DNA of 64,000 nucleotides from an uncultured Alphaproteobacteria bacterium (GCA_963845385.1 CAWJRW010000006.1:1416910-1480909); one strand, 5' to 3'. Numbered from the stretch's first letter, positions 30,289-44,555 are shown. A program made the numbers and translations. The notes: generated by a model not told the origin, from the sequence alone.

Positions 30289-31372
30289 TTGACGATGAAT
30301 TCAGTGCCGATGAGGCTTCTCCACGTGATCGCCGGCGCGCGGACCGGCGGCGCGGAGAGCATTTTTCTCGACAGCGTGCTCGCGCTCGCCGAGGCATCCG
30401 TCGCACAGGCCGTCGTCACCCGCGCAAATAGCGCCCATCGCCTCGCGCAACTGCGCTCACACGGAATCGAGGTGAGAACCGCGTCGTTCGATCGTTGGCT
30501 CCGATGGCGCACCGCGCGCGTCATCAAGGACATGGTGAAGAATTTCAAACCGGATCTCATCCAATATTGGATGGGACGGGCTGCGAGCTTCGCGCGGCCC
30601 GCGCGCCGGGCGGCCGGGGCAGCCGGGGCGGCCGCCGCAGATTGGCTGGTATGGCGGCTATTACGCGCTCAAACGTTTTCGTCATTGCGACTTTCACATC
30701 GGCCTCACCCCGGACATCGTCCGCCACATCATTGCGCAAGGCGTCGTCTCCGAGCGCACCGCGGTCATTCCCAGCTTCGCCGACTTCGCGCCCGCGGCGC
30801 CCGTCGCGCGGGCGACGTTACGCACGCCGGACGATGCCCCGCTTCTTCTTGCTCTCGCGCGCCTCCACGAGAAAAAGGGGCTCGATATCTTGCTGAAGGC
30901 GATGCCGTCGTTGCCGCAAGCCTATCTCTGGATTGCGGGCGAGGGCCCGTTGCGCCGCGAGCTCGAGGCGCTCGCGCTGGAACTCGAGCTTTCGGCGCGC
31001 GTGCGCTTTTTGGGCTGGCGTAACGATCGCGCCGCGCTGCTCGCAGCCGCCGACCTATGCGTGTTCCCGTCGCGCTACGAGCCCTTCGGCACGGTGATGG
31101 TCGACGCTTGGGCGGCCGGCGTGCCGCTCGTCGCGGCGGCGGCGGCGGGACCCAAGGCGTACGTGGAAGACGGCGTCAACGGCTTGCTCGTCCCGATCGA
31201 CGACGTTGACGCGCTTGCCCGGGCCGTCGCGCGCGTGCAGGCCGAGCCGGGGCTCGCCGAGCGCTTGGTCGCAGGCGGCCGTGCCACCTATGAGGCGAGC
31301 TTCACCAAGGCCGCATTCTTGCGCCAAGCGAGCGCGCTCTACGCGCGGATCGGCAACAAGCCCGGCCCTTGA
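30289..31372 (+). pseudogene. GT4 glycosyltransferase (LPS/EPS-type), with a net +1 frame break at about 30590-30640
   Basis: The N-terminus MRLLHVIAGARTGGAESIF is in ORF 30289..31023. The C-terminal half LARLHEKKGLDILL...FPSRYEPFGTVMVDAWAAGVPLVA...EDGVNGLLVP is in ORF 30890..31372. Confidence 0.8.
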
Positions 31373-31394
31373 CGCCGCCTCGCACTCCGCTGTT

Positions 31395-33760
<2,366 letters not shown>

Positions 33761-33775
33761 ATTCGCAGCATGTGC

Positions 33776-35513
33776 CTAGGCCGAGCGCGGGTAGCGATCG
33801 ATCAGACGGTTCTGTTTCCTGAGGCTGCCCAGGAACTGCCAATAGGGCATGGGCGTAAAGCCGCGCGCGCGGTTCGCAGCCCCGATCTCGAACAGAAGCC
33901 GCTGCTGGCGGAACAGGATTCTGTACGTCTCGAGCAGCGACATGTCCGGGTCCCAAATCTGGATCGCTTCCGAGCCCGCGCCGTTGATCTCGAAAATGGC
34001 GAAGTCCTCGCCCGCCTGCAGCGCTTGAATGCTGCGGAAGCGGATGTCGAAGCGGCCGACATAAAATTCGGGGATCGCCTTGGCGATCTCGTCGACGCGC
34101 TGGGTGAGCGCCGGCGTGATGTAGTGATGCGCATCGCGATAAAGGCCGCCGACGCGAATGCTGCCGATGAAGGTGAGCCGGACGATTTCGCCTTTGGCGG
34201 GAACGGCGTTGAGCGTCTCCGCGCGAGAGCCCACGGTGCCGCGGGTTCGCGCCGAGATAGTTGGCCGCCTTCCAGCCCGCGCGCGGATCGCGCAGGATGA
34301 GCTGCGCGACCGTCGTTTCGCCGTCGCCGATCACATAAGGGTAGTAGCGCAAGGTGAGCGACGTCACCGTGCCATGCTCCTCGCCCGGCCGGCGAACGTA
34401 GAAGACGCCCGCTTCGCCATCGAAGGGCACATAGCGCTGCAAGATGATGGTCTCGCCGGCGGGAAAAGACGCTGCGTAGTTGCGCAGCTCTTGCTCGTCG
34501 TGGATAAGCTGCACGCCGTAGCCTTGCCAGCCGATATCGGGTTTCACCACGAGCGGAAACGCAATTCCGGCTTCGGCGAGCGCCTCCATTGCCTGCGCCA
34601 CATCGCTGCCAATGCGTTCGGGTGAGGCGGGTCCGCGCATGGTCAGGAAGTCGGCAAGCCATTTGCGCATCTCGGGCGCCACGAGCCGCATGCAGGCGCT
34701 CTTCGACTCGCCCCAATAGCCGCCCGCTTCAATGCACGGATTGGCAATGCTGGGCAGCGACAGGCTTCCGAAGCGGAGCCCGAGCCAATGCCATTGCAGC
34801 GCGATCGGAACGTAATAGAGCAAGGGCGGAACATGCTCGGCCGCTGCGACGTTGCGGCGAAGCCGGCCAAGGGCGGGCATGCCTTGGTGGCTTACGCGCG
34901 CGATGGTCGCGCGACCGTTCGCCACCGCGCGCCTGCCGATGGCGCCCCAATTGGAGGCGGCTTTCGAAAGCGCTTCCCATCCCGGGCGCGTAGCCCCGAG
35001 AGCGCCCAGGCCCACCACGGCACCGCCGAGGACGACCCACGACCAGGAGCTCAAACCGCTGAGGAACGTCTCGCCGAAGCGGATCATGATGTAGAGCATG
35101 ATCGGCGCGTAGATTGCCGCCGTCACGATGCTCAACACGACGAAGCGTACAAAGGAGACGCCCACCCAGCCGCAAGCGATGAAGGTGGGAAAGAGCACGC
35201 CGGGCAGCACGCGGCACGCCGCGACGATCGGCACCAGATAATCGCTCACCCATTCGCGGGCGAGGCCTGCCTTTTCACCGACGACGGCGTGCCTCAAGCG
35301 CGGCACATGCCGGGCGAGGCTGCCCAGTCCGAAGATGGCGAGATCGCTTGCGACAATTCCGCCGAAGAGGGACATCAGCGCGAGCGACCACGACAAATCC
35401 CCGTCGGTGACGTAAGCGGCGCCCGCGACGAGCGCCACGCCCTCATGCAGGAAGGGCGCGGCAAACAGCGCAAGCAAGTCCAAAAGCCGTTCACTGCTGA
35501 TGGCGAGAAGCAT
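33776..35513 (-). pseudogene. Fusion of a polytopic membrane domain (about 190 aa) with a C-terminal ATP-grasp ligase domain, with one frame break near 34240
   Basis: The N-terminus has 5-6 hydrophobic helices. The ATP-grasp region reads FPLVVKPDIGWQGYGVQLI...TIILQRYVPFDGEAGVFYVRRPG in ORF 33726..35513. It continues as GRFDIRFRSIQALQAGEDFAIFEINGAGSEAIQIWDP in ORF 33776..34234. Confidence 0.7.
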
Positions 35514-35632
35514 ATCGGAGCTATTTTTCTTGACGCGGCGCGGACCGCCTCACAGCTTCAGTCGGCACAATCTACAACCTTGCGAGCGGCTTGTCTCGGA
35601 GACTGAGCCCTGATTCCTGGCCGACAAACCTC

Positions 35633-36223
35633 TCAATCCAGATCGAAGAGCTGATCTTCCGGAATATTGTTGATCGTGATGGCGACCCGGTTCGTGTAAT
35701 TGAAGAACGCGATGATCTCGATGACCTGCAGGATCTCTTGGTCATCCAAGCCGAGCTTGCGCAGCCCTCGGATGTCCTGATCGGTCACGGTGTGGGGATC
35801 GCGGGTGATCTTCACCGCCAGATCGGCAAACGCCCGCTCGCGCGCCGTCAAGTCGTGAACATGGGTATGGCCGAGCGCAATGCGGCGTGCACGGACGGGA
35901 TCCTTGAGCGCGCGCGACAATCCCTTCGTATGATGGATCTCGCAATAGGCGCAGCCGTTCTCGGCCGAAACCACGACGGCGATAAGCTCGCGCTCCGCCG
36001 CCGACAAGCTGCCTTGGCTCGGATCGAACAGCGAGTTTGCGTATGAGACGCAGCGGGACAGCGTGCCGGGATTGAGCGCCAACGATATCAGCCAATTCTC
36101 GACGTAACCGTGTTGTTTGCGACTCTGCTCGATAATCGGCCGAACACTCTCGTGCACCTCATGCTCTTCCGGTACGCGCAGGCGCGAAATCGATGCAGGG
36201 TGCGTCTTGGTGTGTTCATTCAT
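35633..36223 (-). CDS. AhpD/carboxymuconolactone-decarboxylase-fold peroxidase-related protein
   Basis: It has the CMD core with the CAYCEIHH motif and LQVIEIIAFFNYTNRV. The start is taken at MNEHTKTH. Confidence 0.8.
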   Translation of the reverse strand: MNEHTKTHPASISRLRVPEEHEVHESVRPIIEQSRKQHGYVENWLISLALNPGTLSRCVSYANSLFDPSQGSLSAAERELIAVVVSAENGCAYCEIHHTKGLSRALKDPVRARRIALGHTHVHDLTARERAFADLAVKITRDPHTVTDQDIRGLRKLGLDDQEILQVIEIIAFFNYTNRVAITINNIPEDQLFDLD

Positions 36224-36278
36224 TGTGATTTCCTCCGGGGCAACACCGCCTTTCGAGCGGGCAAGCAAAGCGCGCCGG

Positions 36279-36869
36279 CTATGCCGGACGGGACCGATCT
36301 CTGAAGTGGTACTCCTTGTTCGGAATCATATCGAGGGCCGACGACATCCTGTTGGTCATGTTGAAGAACGATGCGACTGCGCTGATATCCCAGATCGCCC
36401 GATCGTCGAACCCGACCTTTCGCAACGCGTTGCGATCCTCCTCGGTGATGGCGTAGGACGCCTCGGTCACCTTCACGGCGAAGTCGAGCATGGCTCTTTG
36501 CCTCGGCTCCAATTTCGCAACCCGGTAGTTCATCACCATGAGCTCGCCCAGCACCGGATCGCCGGACAAGTTCCGCACCCCCGCGCCATGCGAGGTCAGG
36601 CAATAGACGCAGCGATTGAGAGAAGACACGACGACCGCGATCATCTCGCGCTCCAGCATCGAAAGCGGGGAGTCCGCGAGCATCAGGTTGTTGTACATCT
36701 GCATGAACGGCCTGAGTTTTTCCTGATCGAAGGTGTAGGCCTTCAAGACGTTCGGCAGCAAACCATGCTCGCGTTCGAGAAAATCGAATGCCGCCCGAAC
36801 ATCGTCATCGAGCTCGGATGTCTCTTTGATCGGCAAGCCGAGCGCATGAATGTAGTCCGGCTGAGACAT
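36279..36869 (-). CDS. AhpD/CMD-fold peroxidase-related protein (paralogue of the upstream gene)
   Basis: It has the same architecture: EREMIAVVVSSLNRCVYCLTSHG...ISAVASFFNMTNRM. It is an intact 196 aa protein. Confidence 0.8.
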   Translation of the reverse strand: MSQPDYIHALGLPIKETSELDDDVRAAFDFLEREHGLLPNVLKAYTFDQEKLRPFMQMYNNLMLADSPLSMLEREMIAVVVSSLNRCVYCLTSHGAGVRNLSGDPVLGELMVMNYRVAKLEPRQRAMLDFAVKVTEASYAITEEDRNALRKVGFDDRAIWDISAVASFFNMTNRMSSALDMIPNKEYHFRDRSRPA

Positions 36870-36955
36870 GACGACCCCCCATCAAGAACACTGGATTGTG
36901 CAGGAATCGAGCGGCGTGATCACCACGCCGCTCCATTCAATTTCAAGCCGCGGGC

Positions 36956-37288
36956 TCAGGCTGCCCTGGCAACTGCCTTCCCCACGGGACCGCGCGTGAT
37001 CGCCGTATGCTTTTCGGCCACGTCGAACAGCTTCATGCTGATGTTGCTCACGACGGGGCTCTTCTTGAGTGCCGCAACGAGCGGCCCATCCAGATACGCC
37101 TTCGCCGCCGCTTCGCTTTCAAACAGGTAGATGCCGGCCGCCTCTTTTTCTTTTTCGTTCATCAGCCAAATCTTCCACACCAAGCCCGGCTGGTCGGCAA
37201 TCGGCGGAGCATGGTCGAGCCATGCGGCCTCCAACTGGGCGCGCGGGATATTGAACTTCAAATTCACCTGCAGCATTTTCTGGGGCAT
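36956..37288 (-). CDS. YdhR-like putative monooxygenase (dimeric alpha-beta barrel)
   Basis: The sequence is MPQKMLQVNLKFNIPRAQLEAAWLDHAPPIADQPGLVWKIWLMNEKEKEAAGIYLFESEAAAKAYL. This pattern is typical of the family. Confidence 0.6.
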   Translation of the reverse strand: MPQKMLQVNLKFNIPRAQLEAAWLDHAPPIADQPGLVWKIWLMNEKEKEAAGIYLFESEAAAKAYLDGPLVAALKKSPVVSNISMKLFDVAEKHTAITRGPVGKAVARAA

Positions 37289-37586
37289 TCTCGTCTCCCT
37301 GTCTGACAAAACGGGCTGTATTCTTCAGTTGAGCGGCAGCAAAGAACGGTTGCGTCCTGTAAAATATTGCATTGCTTGCGAGGCCGGGCAACCGGATTTT
37401 GGCCGCTTGGCGCGTGACAGCTGCCGGGACAAATGCATTGTCGTCCACTCGCCCACGATATCTCGCCGCATGGTCAGGGATTCGACCGGGGCGCTTGGCG
37501 CTTCATAAGACCGTGACGGCCCCTTTTTGCGACGGCTCCACGGTTCCATATTGGTGTTGCCGCGTTCAAGATCCGGAGGCTCGACC

Positions 37587-38246
37587 ATGCTGACGTCCCG
37601 CAAGAAGCTCGAGATGCCGCGCGCCGGGGAGGCGCTTGCCGGCCGCTCGACGCCGATCGCCACGGCCGAGACGCATTTCGTCAACGGCCATGCGCTGAAG
37701 GGGCCATATCCGCCGGGCAGCGAGAAGGCCATGTTCGGGCTCGGCTGCTTCTGGGGCGCGGAGAAGCGCTTGTGGTCTTTGCCCGGCGTCTGGGTCACGG
37801 CCGTGGGTTATGCCGGCGGCGTCACGCCCAATCCCACTTACGAGGAAGTCTGCACCGCGCGCACCGGACACAACGAGGTGGTGCTCGTCATCTTCGATCC
37901 CAAGCGCGTGTCCTACGACCGGCTGCTCAAGGAATTCTGGGAGAGCCACGATCCGACCCAAGGCATGCGCCAGGGCAATGACGTGGGCACGCAATACCGC
38001 TCCGGCATCTATGTTTTCTCCGACGCGCAGCGCAAGGCCGCCGAAGCTTCGATGCGCATGTACGAGGAAGCGATCGCGCGCAAGAATTTCGGCGCCATCA
38101 CCACCGAAATCCTGGACGCGCCGGAGTTCTATTTCGCCGAAGGCTATCACCAGCAATATCTCGCCAAGAACCCGCATGGCTATTGCGGGCTCGGCGGCAC
38201 GGGCGTCACTTGCCCGATCGGCATTGCTCAATCCGTGGGTGAATAA
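37587..38246 (+). CDS. msrA: Peptide-methionine (S)-S-oxide reductase MsrA
   Basis: It has the GCFWGAE active site, plus [12 protein letters not shown] and [11 protein letters not shown]. The start is taken at MLTSRKK. Confidence 0.92.
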   Translation: MLTSRKKLEMPRAGEALAGRSTPIATAETHFVNGHALKGPYPPGSEKAMFGLGCFWGAEKRLWSLPGVWVTAVGYAGGVTPNPTYEEVCTARTGHNEVVLVIFDPKRVSYDRLLKEFWESHDPTQGMRQGNDVGTQYRSGIYVFSDAQRKAAEASMRMYEEAIARKNFGAITTEILDAPEFYFAEGYHQQYLAKNPHGYCGLGGTGVTCPIGIAQSVGE

Positions 38247-38252
38247 GCTCAA

Positions 38253-39113
38253 ATGACCGGAATTTCAGCGACGGGCCCGAACGCGGACCAGATCACCTGC
38301 TGGAACGAGAGCCTCGGCGAGAAATGGGCGCGAAACCAAGACGCGCTCGACCAACTCCTGCTCCCGGTCAACGAGCGGCTCGTCGATTTCGCGCGTATCG
38401 CTCCGGGTGAGCGCGTTCTCGATATCGGCTGCGGCTGCGGCGCGACCAGCCGCGCGGTGGCCGCACGCACGGGGCCGAGCGGCCGCGTGCTCGGGCTCGA
38501 CATCTCCGCGCCCATGTTGGCGCGCGCCGAGGCGTCGGGCGGCGGCCCGACGATCCGTTATCTCCTCGCCGACGCCGCCACATATTCGTTTCCGGAGAGA
38601 AGCTTCGATTGTGCCGTCTCGCGCTTCGGCGTCATGTTCTTTGCCGATCCCGTGGCGGCGTTCGCCAATATCCGGACCGCGCTCAAGCCCGGCGGCAGGC
38701 TTGCATTCGTCTGCTGGCAGGAGATGCGCGCCAATGCTTGGGTGACCGTGCCGCTCTTTGCCGCGCTGCCTCACTTGCCGGCGCCCGAGCCCACGGACCC
38801 GTTCGCGCCCGGTCCCTTCGCGTTCGCCGATAGGGAGCGTGTCAAGCGCATTCTGAGCGAGGCCGGCTTCTCGAAAATCGAGATTGTGCCTCAAACCTTC
38901 AGGCTCATGCAGAGCAGGGGCGGGCCGCATGCGCTTGACGACGCGCTCCACCTCGCCACCGAAGTCGGCCCCACTTCGCGCCTCCTTGCGGAAGCGAGCG
39001 AAGAGGCGCGCGCGGCGGCACGTGCCGCCATTCGCGAAGCGCTTGCGCCGCACGTTACCGCCGAGGGCGTCGCGTTGGGCGCGCAGTGCTGGCTTGTCGG
39101 CGCGGCCGCGTGA
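38253..39113 (+). CDS. Class I SAM-dependent methyltransferase
   Basis: It has motif I VLDIGCGCGATS and post-I/II regions (LGLDIS, LKPGGRLAFVCW). It is an intact 286 aa protein. Confidence 0.8.
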   Translation: MTGISATGPNADQITCWNESLGEKWARNQDALDQLLLPVNERLVDFARIAPGERVLDIGCGCGATSRAVAARTGPSGRVLGLDISAPMLARAEASGGGPTIRYLLADAATYSFPERSFDCAVSRFGVMFFADPVAAFANIRTALKPGGRLAFVCWQEMRANAWVTVPLFAALPHLPAPEPTDPFAPGPFAFADRERVKRILSEAGFSKIEIVPQTFRLMQSRGGPHALDDALHLATEVGPTSRLLAEASEEARAAARAAIREALAPHVTAEGVALGAQCWLVGAAA

Positions 39114-40091
39114 GCATCGACCTTCACGCCTGTGAATTCGTCGAACCCGGCGCCTTCGAGGCGCGTCTGCAGAGTGTCGCGCGCGCCGTGCGTGTGCCCG
39201 CGCAGGGGCTCTTCGGGCCGGATTCGATGATGTGGCGCGTGCACCGCGAGTCCGTCGTCTTTCTCGGCGCGGGCGCAGCCCTTCTTATGCAGACCGCGCA
39301 TCCCTGGATTGCGCAAGCCGTCGCGGATCACTCGAAGGCGCTCAAGGATCCCCTCGGCCGCTACTACCGCACCTTCCGCCCGGTCTTCGCCATCGTCTTC
39401 GGCACGCTCGGGACAGGCGCTCGCCCATGCGCGCGCGGTGCGCACCGTACACGCGCGCATCGAGGGCGTCTTGCAAGAGCGGGTGGGCGCCTGGGCCGCG
39501 GGCACGCGCTATTTCGCCAACGAAGCGCACGCCCTCCTGTGGGTGCATGCCACGCTCTGGCACACGGGCTTGACCGTTTACGAGCGGACATTCGGACTGC
39601 TGTCGGCCGGCGAGAGAGAGCGCTACTACGACGAGACGCGCCGCTTCGCCGCGCTGTTCGGCGTGCCGGAGGCGCTCCTGCCGCGCGATTGGAATGCCTT
39701 CGCAGATTACGTAGCGGCGATGGCGAGCAGCGGCACATTGGGCGTCGGCACGGCGGGACGGCGCATCGCGGGCTTCTTCATCGAGCCAGGCGGGCTTCGT
39801 CTCGGCACGCTGGTGCCCTCCTGGTATCGCGCCGTGACGGCGCTTCTCTTGCCCGCGCCCATTGCCGCGGCGTTCGATCTGCCGCGCGATGCGCGCACGC
39901 TCGCGCGCGGCGAGCGCGCCATCGCGCGCATGAGCCGGCACTATTCAAAGCTTCCGGAGCGTGTCCGCTTCGTCGGCCCCTATCAGGAGGCCATGGCGCG
40001 CATCGAAGGCCGCGCCGAGCCCGGCCTTTGGGTCAAGACCGCAAACCGCCTTTGGCTCGGCCGCCCTTGCCTCGAGCCGCGCGGCGTCTAG
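39110..40091 (+). pseudogene. MpaB/DUF2236-family oxygenase-like protein, with one frame break near 39410
   Basis: GTG 39110 overlaps the upstream stop. MMWRVHRESVVFLGAGAALLMQTAHPWIA is in ORF 39086. The remainder (HARIEGVL...ANEAHALLWVHATLWHT...) is in ORF 39309..40091. Confidence 0.7.
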
Positions 40092-40131
40092 GCTTCCGCA
40101 AGGGACGAATCGTCCGATTGCGGATCGAGCC

Positions 40132-41722
40132 ATGCCGAAGGCGCCGTGGTGGCAGAGGGCCGTGTTCTATCAAGTCTATCCCCGCTCGTTCATGGATACG
40201 AACGGCGACGGCGTGGGCGACCTGCCGGGCGTTCTCGCGCGCCTCGATTACCTCGTCTCGCTCGGCATCGACGCCATCTGGATTTCGCCCTTCTATCCTT
40301 CGCCGATGGCGGATTTCGGCTACGACATCTCGAGCTACACCGATGTCGATCCCTTGTTCGGCACGCTCGATGATTTCGATCGCCTGCTTGAGGCGGCGCA
40401 CGCCAAGGGCGTCAAGCTCATCGTCGACTTTGTGCCGAACCACACCTCGTCGCTGCATCCCTGGTTTCTCGAATCGCGATCGGCGCGCACAAGCGAAAAG
40501 CGCGACTGGTACATCTGGCGCGATCCCGCCCCTGGCGGCGGGCCGCCCAACAACTGGCTTTCCGTCTTCGGCGGCAGCGCTTGGGAATACGATGCGCGGA
40601 CGGGGCAGTATTACTATCACGCGTTCCTGAAAGAGCAGCCCGATCTCAATTGGCGCAACCCCGCGTTGCGCAGCGCGATGCTCGACGTCATGCGCTTCTG
40701 GCTCGCCCGCGGCGTCGATGGTTTTCGCATCGACGTCTTGTGGCATCTCATCAAAGACGAGCAATTTCGCGACGAGCCTTTGAATCCCGCGTGGCGCGAG
40801 GGGATGGATCCCTATCTCAAGCTCGATCACGTCTACTCCTGCGACCGGCCGGAGATTCACGCCGTCCTGCGCGAGATGCGGCAGGCGACCGCCGCGTGGC
40901 CCGACCGTGTTCTCATTGGCGAGCTGTATCTGCCCATCGAGCGCCTGGTTGCCTATTACGGCGAGGACGGCGCGGGCATCGATCTGCCCTTCAACTTCCA
41001 TCTCTTGACCACGCCGTGGAACGCCGCGGCCGTAGCAGGCCTCATCGAACGCTACGAGGGAGCCTTGCCTCCCGGCGCGTGGCCGAATTGGGTGCTCGGC
41101 AATCACGATCGGCCGCGGGTGGCGAGCCGCCTCGGTGAGGCGCAAGCGCGCGTGGCCGCCATGCTTCTGCTCACCCTCCGCGGCACGCCGACTCTCTATT
41201 ATGGCGACGAGCTCGGCCTCGAAAATGTGGCGATCGCGAATGATCTGGTGCGGGATCCGTGGGAGAAGAACGTGCCGGGCCTGAGGCTCGGCCGCGATCC
41301 GGTGCGCACGCCCATGCCCTGGGACGCAACGGCGGCGGGCGGCTTCACGACGGGCAAGCCCTGGCTCCCGCTCAATGCCGATCACGCGACACGCAACGTC
41401 GCGGCGCTCTCGGCCGATCCGAGCTCCATTCTGTCGTTGTACCGCGCGCTGATCGCGCTCCGGCGCGGCAGCCCCGCGCTCAGACAAGGCAAGGATCGTC
41501 GTTTGCAGCGCAGAGGACAATGTCCTCACGTACATGCGGGAAGAGGGCGCCGAGCGCATCCTCGTCTGTCTCAATTTCGCCGACGCGCCGCGAGCGGTCG
41601 CGCTCGACGCGGACGGCGTCGTGCTTCTGTCGACGACGCGTGCGCGCAAAAGCGAAGCGGCGAGGCCCTTGAGCCTCGCCGCACATGAGGGATTGATCGT
41701 CAGGCTTGGTTCGCGCGTCTGA
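40132..41722 (+). pseudogene. GH13 alpha-glucosidase (oligo-1,6-glucosidase / trehalose-6-P hydrolase type), with one frame break near 41495
   Basis: Motifs are WWQRAVFYQVYPRSF, DFVPNHTS, GVDGFRIDVLWH, GELY and LGNHD. The C-terminal beta-domain (VLTYMREEGAERILVCLNF) is in ORF 41534..41722. Confidence 0.88.
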
Positions 41723-41739
41723 TCAGCCGAGACCGGCCG

Positions 41740-44555
41740 TCACCACTCGACGCGCTCCATGTCCTCAAAGTTGATCTCCGTCCCGTCGCTCCCGACAATG
41801 ACGCCGCTCATGCCCTTGGAGCCGAGGTCGAAGGTCCCGCCGTCGCCTTGCAGCACATAGCTGTTGCCGTTGTCGAGCGACACCACCCAATCGCCGCCCT
41901 GGGCGACGGGCGTCACGCCATGGGCGATGGTCTCCACCCAGCCGCCGCTGCCGAGCTGGCCGAGCTGCATGGTATCGAAGCCCTTGCCGCCATAGGCCGT
42001 GTCGTGGCCGCCGCCATTGTCGAAGATGAAGATGTCGTCGCCCTTGCCGGCATCGAGCAAGTCGTCGCCGAAGCCGCCTGACAGGACATCGTCGCCATTG
42101 CCGCCCGTGAGCGTGTCGTCGCCCAGGTCGCCGGCGAGGCTGTCGTTGCCGGAGCCGCCGTCCAGCGTGTCATTGGCATCGCCGCCGGAGAGCGTGTCGT
42201 CGCCGTCGCCGCCGTCCAACGTGTCTTCGCCGGCACCGCCATAAAGCGTGTCGTCGCCCGAGCCGGCGTTGAGTTGGTCGTTGCCTGCCCCGCCATCCAG
42301 CGCGTCGTGGCCCGCACCACCGATGAGGCTGTCGTCGCCGTCGCCGCCGAAGAGCGTGTCGCTGCCGCTTTCGCCCTTCAGGACGTCGTCGCCCGAACCG
42401 CCATCGAGTGCATCGTCGCCGTCGTCGCCGGTCAACGTGTCGTCGCCAGCGTCGCCGTAGAGCTTGTCGTCGGCATCGCCGCCGTCGAGGGTGTCATTGT
42501 CGGCGCCGCCATAGAGCGTGTCGGAGCCGGCGCCGCCCTTGAGATCGTCGCTGCCGTCGCCGCCGTCGAGCGTGTCATTCCCGGCCTCGCCCCGGAGCGT
42601 GTCGTCGCCGGCGTCGCCATAGAGAGTGTCGTTGCCGTCGCCGCCATAGAGCTTATCGGCGCCGGCATCGCCATGAAGCGCATCGTCACCCGCCGCACCG
42701 TCGAGCTTGTCGTCGTTGTCGCCGCCGAACAGCGCGTCGTTGCCGGCACCGCCATCGAGATCATCCGCGCCGGCAGCCACCGTAGAGCGTGTCGTCTGCC
42801 ATCGCCGCCCTTGAGCTCGTCGTCGCCCTCGCCGCCGTCGAGCGTGTCGTTTCCGGCCTCGCCCTTCAGCGTGTCGTCGCCGGCGTCGCCGTAAAGCGCG
42901 TCGTCGCCTTCGCCGCCGAAGAGCTTGTCGTTGCCCTCCTCGCCGCGAAGCTCGTCATCGCCGAGACCGCCATCGAGGTTGTCTTTGCCTTCGCCGCCGA
43001 AGAGCAGATCGTTGCCGAGGCCGCCATCGAGCTCGTCTTTGCCGAGGCCGCCAGAGAGCGTGTCGTTGCCCTCGCCGCCGTCGAGATCGTCGTCACCCTC
43101 GCCGCCGTCGAGCACATCATTGCCCGCGCCGCCATCAAGTTTGTCGGAGCCGGCAGCGCCGAGAAGCGAGTCGTCACCGGCTTCGCCGTAAAGCTTGTCG
43201 TTGCCGTCCTCGCCGTCGAGGAGATCGTCGCCGTCGCCGCCATAAAGCTTGTCGTTGCCGTCGCCGCCATCGATGTGATCGATGCCGGCCGTGCCCGTTA
43301 TCGTGTCGCCGTGGCTCGTGCCCGTGAAGCTCTGCACCTCGGGAACGGGTGGTACAAAAGCTTCCTCCGCGGGAGGAGAGGCGTCTTGACTATCTCCGTC
43401 GTTCGAGCCCGGATCGGAGGGCGGCGCGTCGTCGGCAGACGGCGGTGCGTCATCGCTGCTCTCCGGGGCCGCGGCCTGATCGACGCCGCCGGCATTCGCG
43501 TCTTCGTCGGACGGCGGCGCATCGTCGGCAGGCGGTGCCGAATTGTCGGCCTCGGGAGCTGACGCCTGCGTGTCGCTCTCGGTGTTCGAGCCCTCATCGG
43601 ACGGCTGGCGCGTCCTCCGCAGAAGGCGATGCGTCATCGCTGCTCTCGGGAGCCGCGGCCTGATCGACGCCGCCGGCGTCCGCGTCCTCGTCTGATGGCT
43701 GGCGCATCGTCAGCAGGCAGGTGCCGCGTTGTCGCCTCTCGGGAGCCGCCGCTTGACTGTCGCCCTCGTCGGCAACGCCTGCATCGTCATTGCTCGGCTG
43801 CGGATCGGAGTGGACGCCAACATCGTCTGTCGTGCCGGGCTGAGCGTCGGCGTTCGCGCCGCCGCTCAGAGGCGCCTGCGCGTCCGCGCTCGACGGTGCG
43901 TGGTCCTGCGACGATGGCGCGGCATCATGCTGCGGCTCTTCGCCGCCAACGGCCGCTTCGCTCGTTTCGACAGGAGCCGCGGCGCCGTCGGCGTCGGAGC
44001 CTTCCGCGAAAGCCGTGGCTGCCATTCCGGCATCGGCGTCCGCGCCGTCATGCACCGCTGGGACGTCGAGAACCAGCGTCGAGCTCGCAACAGGCGTGTC
44101 GCCGTCCGCCACGGTCACCGTGACCATGACCGGCCCGGCATGCGCGCCGTCCGGATTGGCGCTGATGTGGCCCGTATCGGGATCGATCGAAAGCCAAGCG
44201 GGGCCGTCGAGGCTGTAGACGAAGCCGCCGGTGCGGCTGACCTGCGGAAAATGGGAAGCGGCATCGAAGCTGAAATGCGGCGCGTTGTGCTCAGCGCCCG
44301 CGCCGTTGGGGGCAGCATGTCCATGTCCGGCCTCGCCTTTGCCAGCGGCTTGGGCTGAGCGCGTTCGAGCCGTAATGGGCGTTCTGAAGATAGCCTGCGG
44401 CGGGCCGCGTGCTCTCGCCTTCGCCCCTCACGAGCCGGGTCTGGCTCGACGCATCAGACTGATCGCTCTTCCGCCAGAGAAGATTGTCCTCGCCGCCGGT
44501 CTGGTCTGCGCGCGGTTTCGCCGCGGGTTGACGTGGGAACGCGTTCTTCGCTCAC
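41740..44555 (-). pseudogene. Large RTX (hemolysin-type Ca-binding repeat) secreted protein, about 935 aa, with many frame breaks
   Basis: The putative GVG start is GTG 44555. An Ig/cadherin-like segment follows (FVYSLDGPAWLSIDPDTGHISANPDG...VMVTVTVADGDTPVASSTLVLDV). Next is an acidic D/S/P/A-rich region containing a 61-aa tandem duplication. More than 50 GGxGxDxL nonapeptide repeats lie in ORFs 42432..43637 and 41740..42780. The C-terminus is ...[14 protein letters not shown]. Confidence 0.85.
43405..43775. repeat. In-frame tandem duplication (period about 183 bp, two copies) inside the RTX gene
   Basis: tgcgtcatcgctgctctc...ggcctgatcgacgccgccggc at 43447 recurs at 43630. On the protein level [31 protein letters not shown] aligns with [31 protein letters not shown]. 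Confidence 0.8.

Noticed and set aside
41740-43300. Highly periodic DNA (27-nt nonapeptide-repeat periodicity) as a possible CRISPR or other non-coding array
   Set aside because: The periodicity is that of the coding GGxGxDxLx RTX repeats. There are no constant repeat / variable spacer units and no cas genes. No CRISPR array was seen anywhere in the window.
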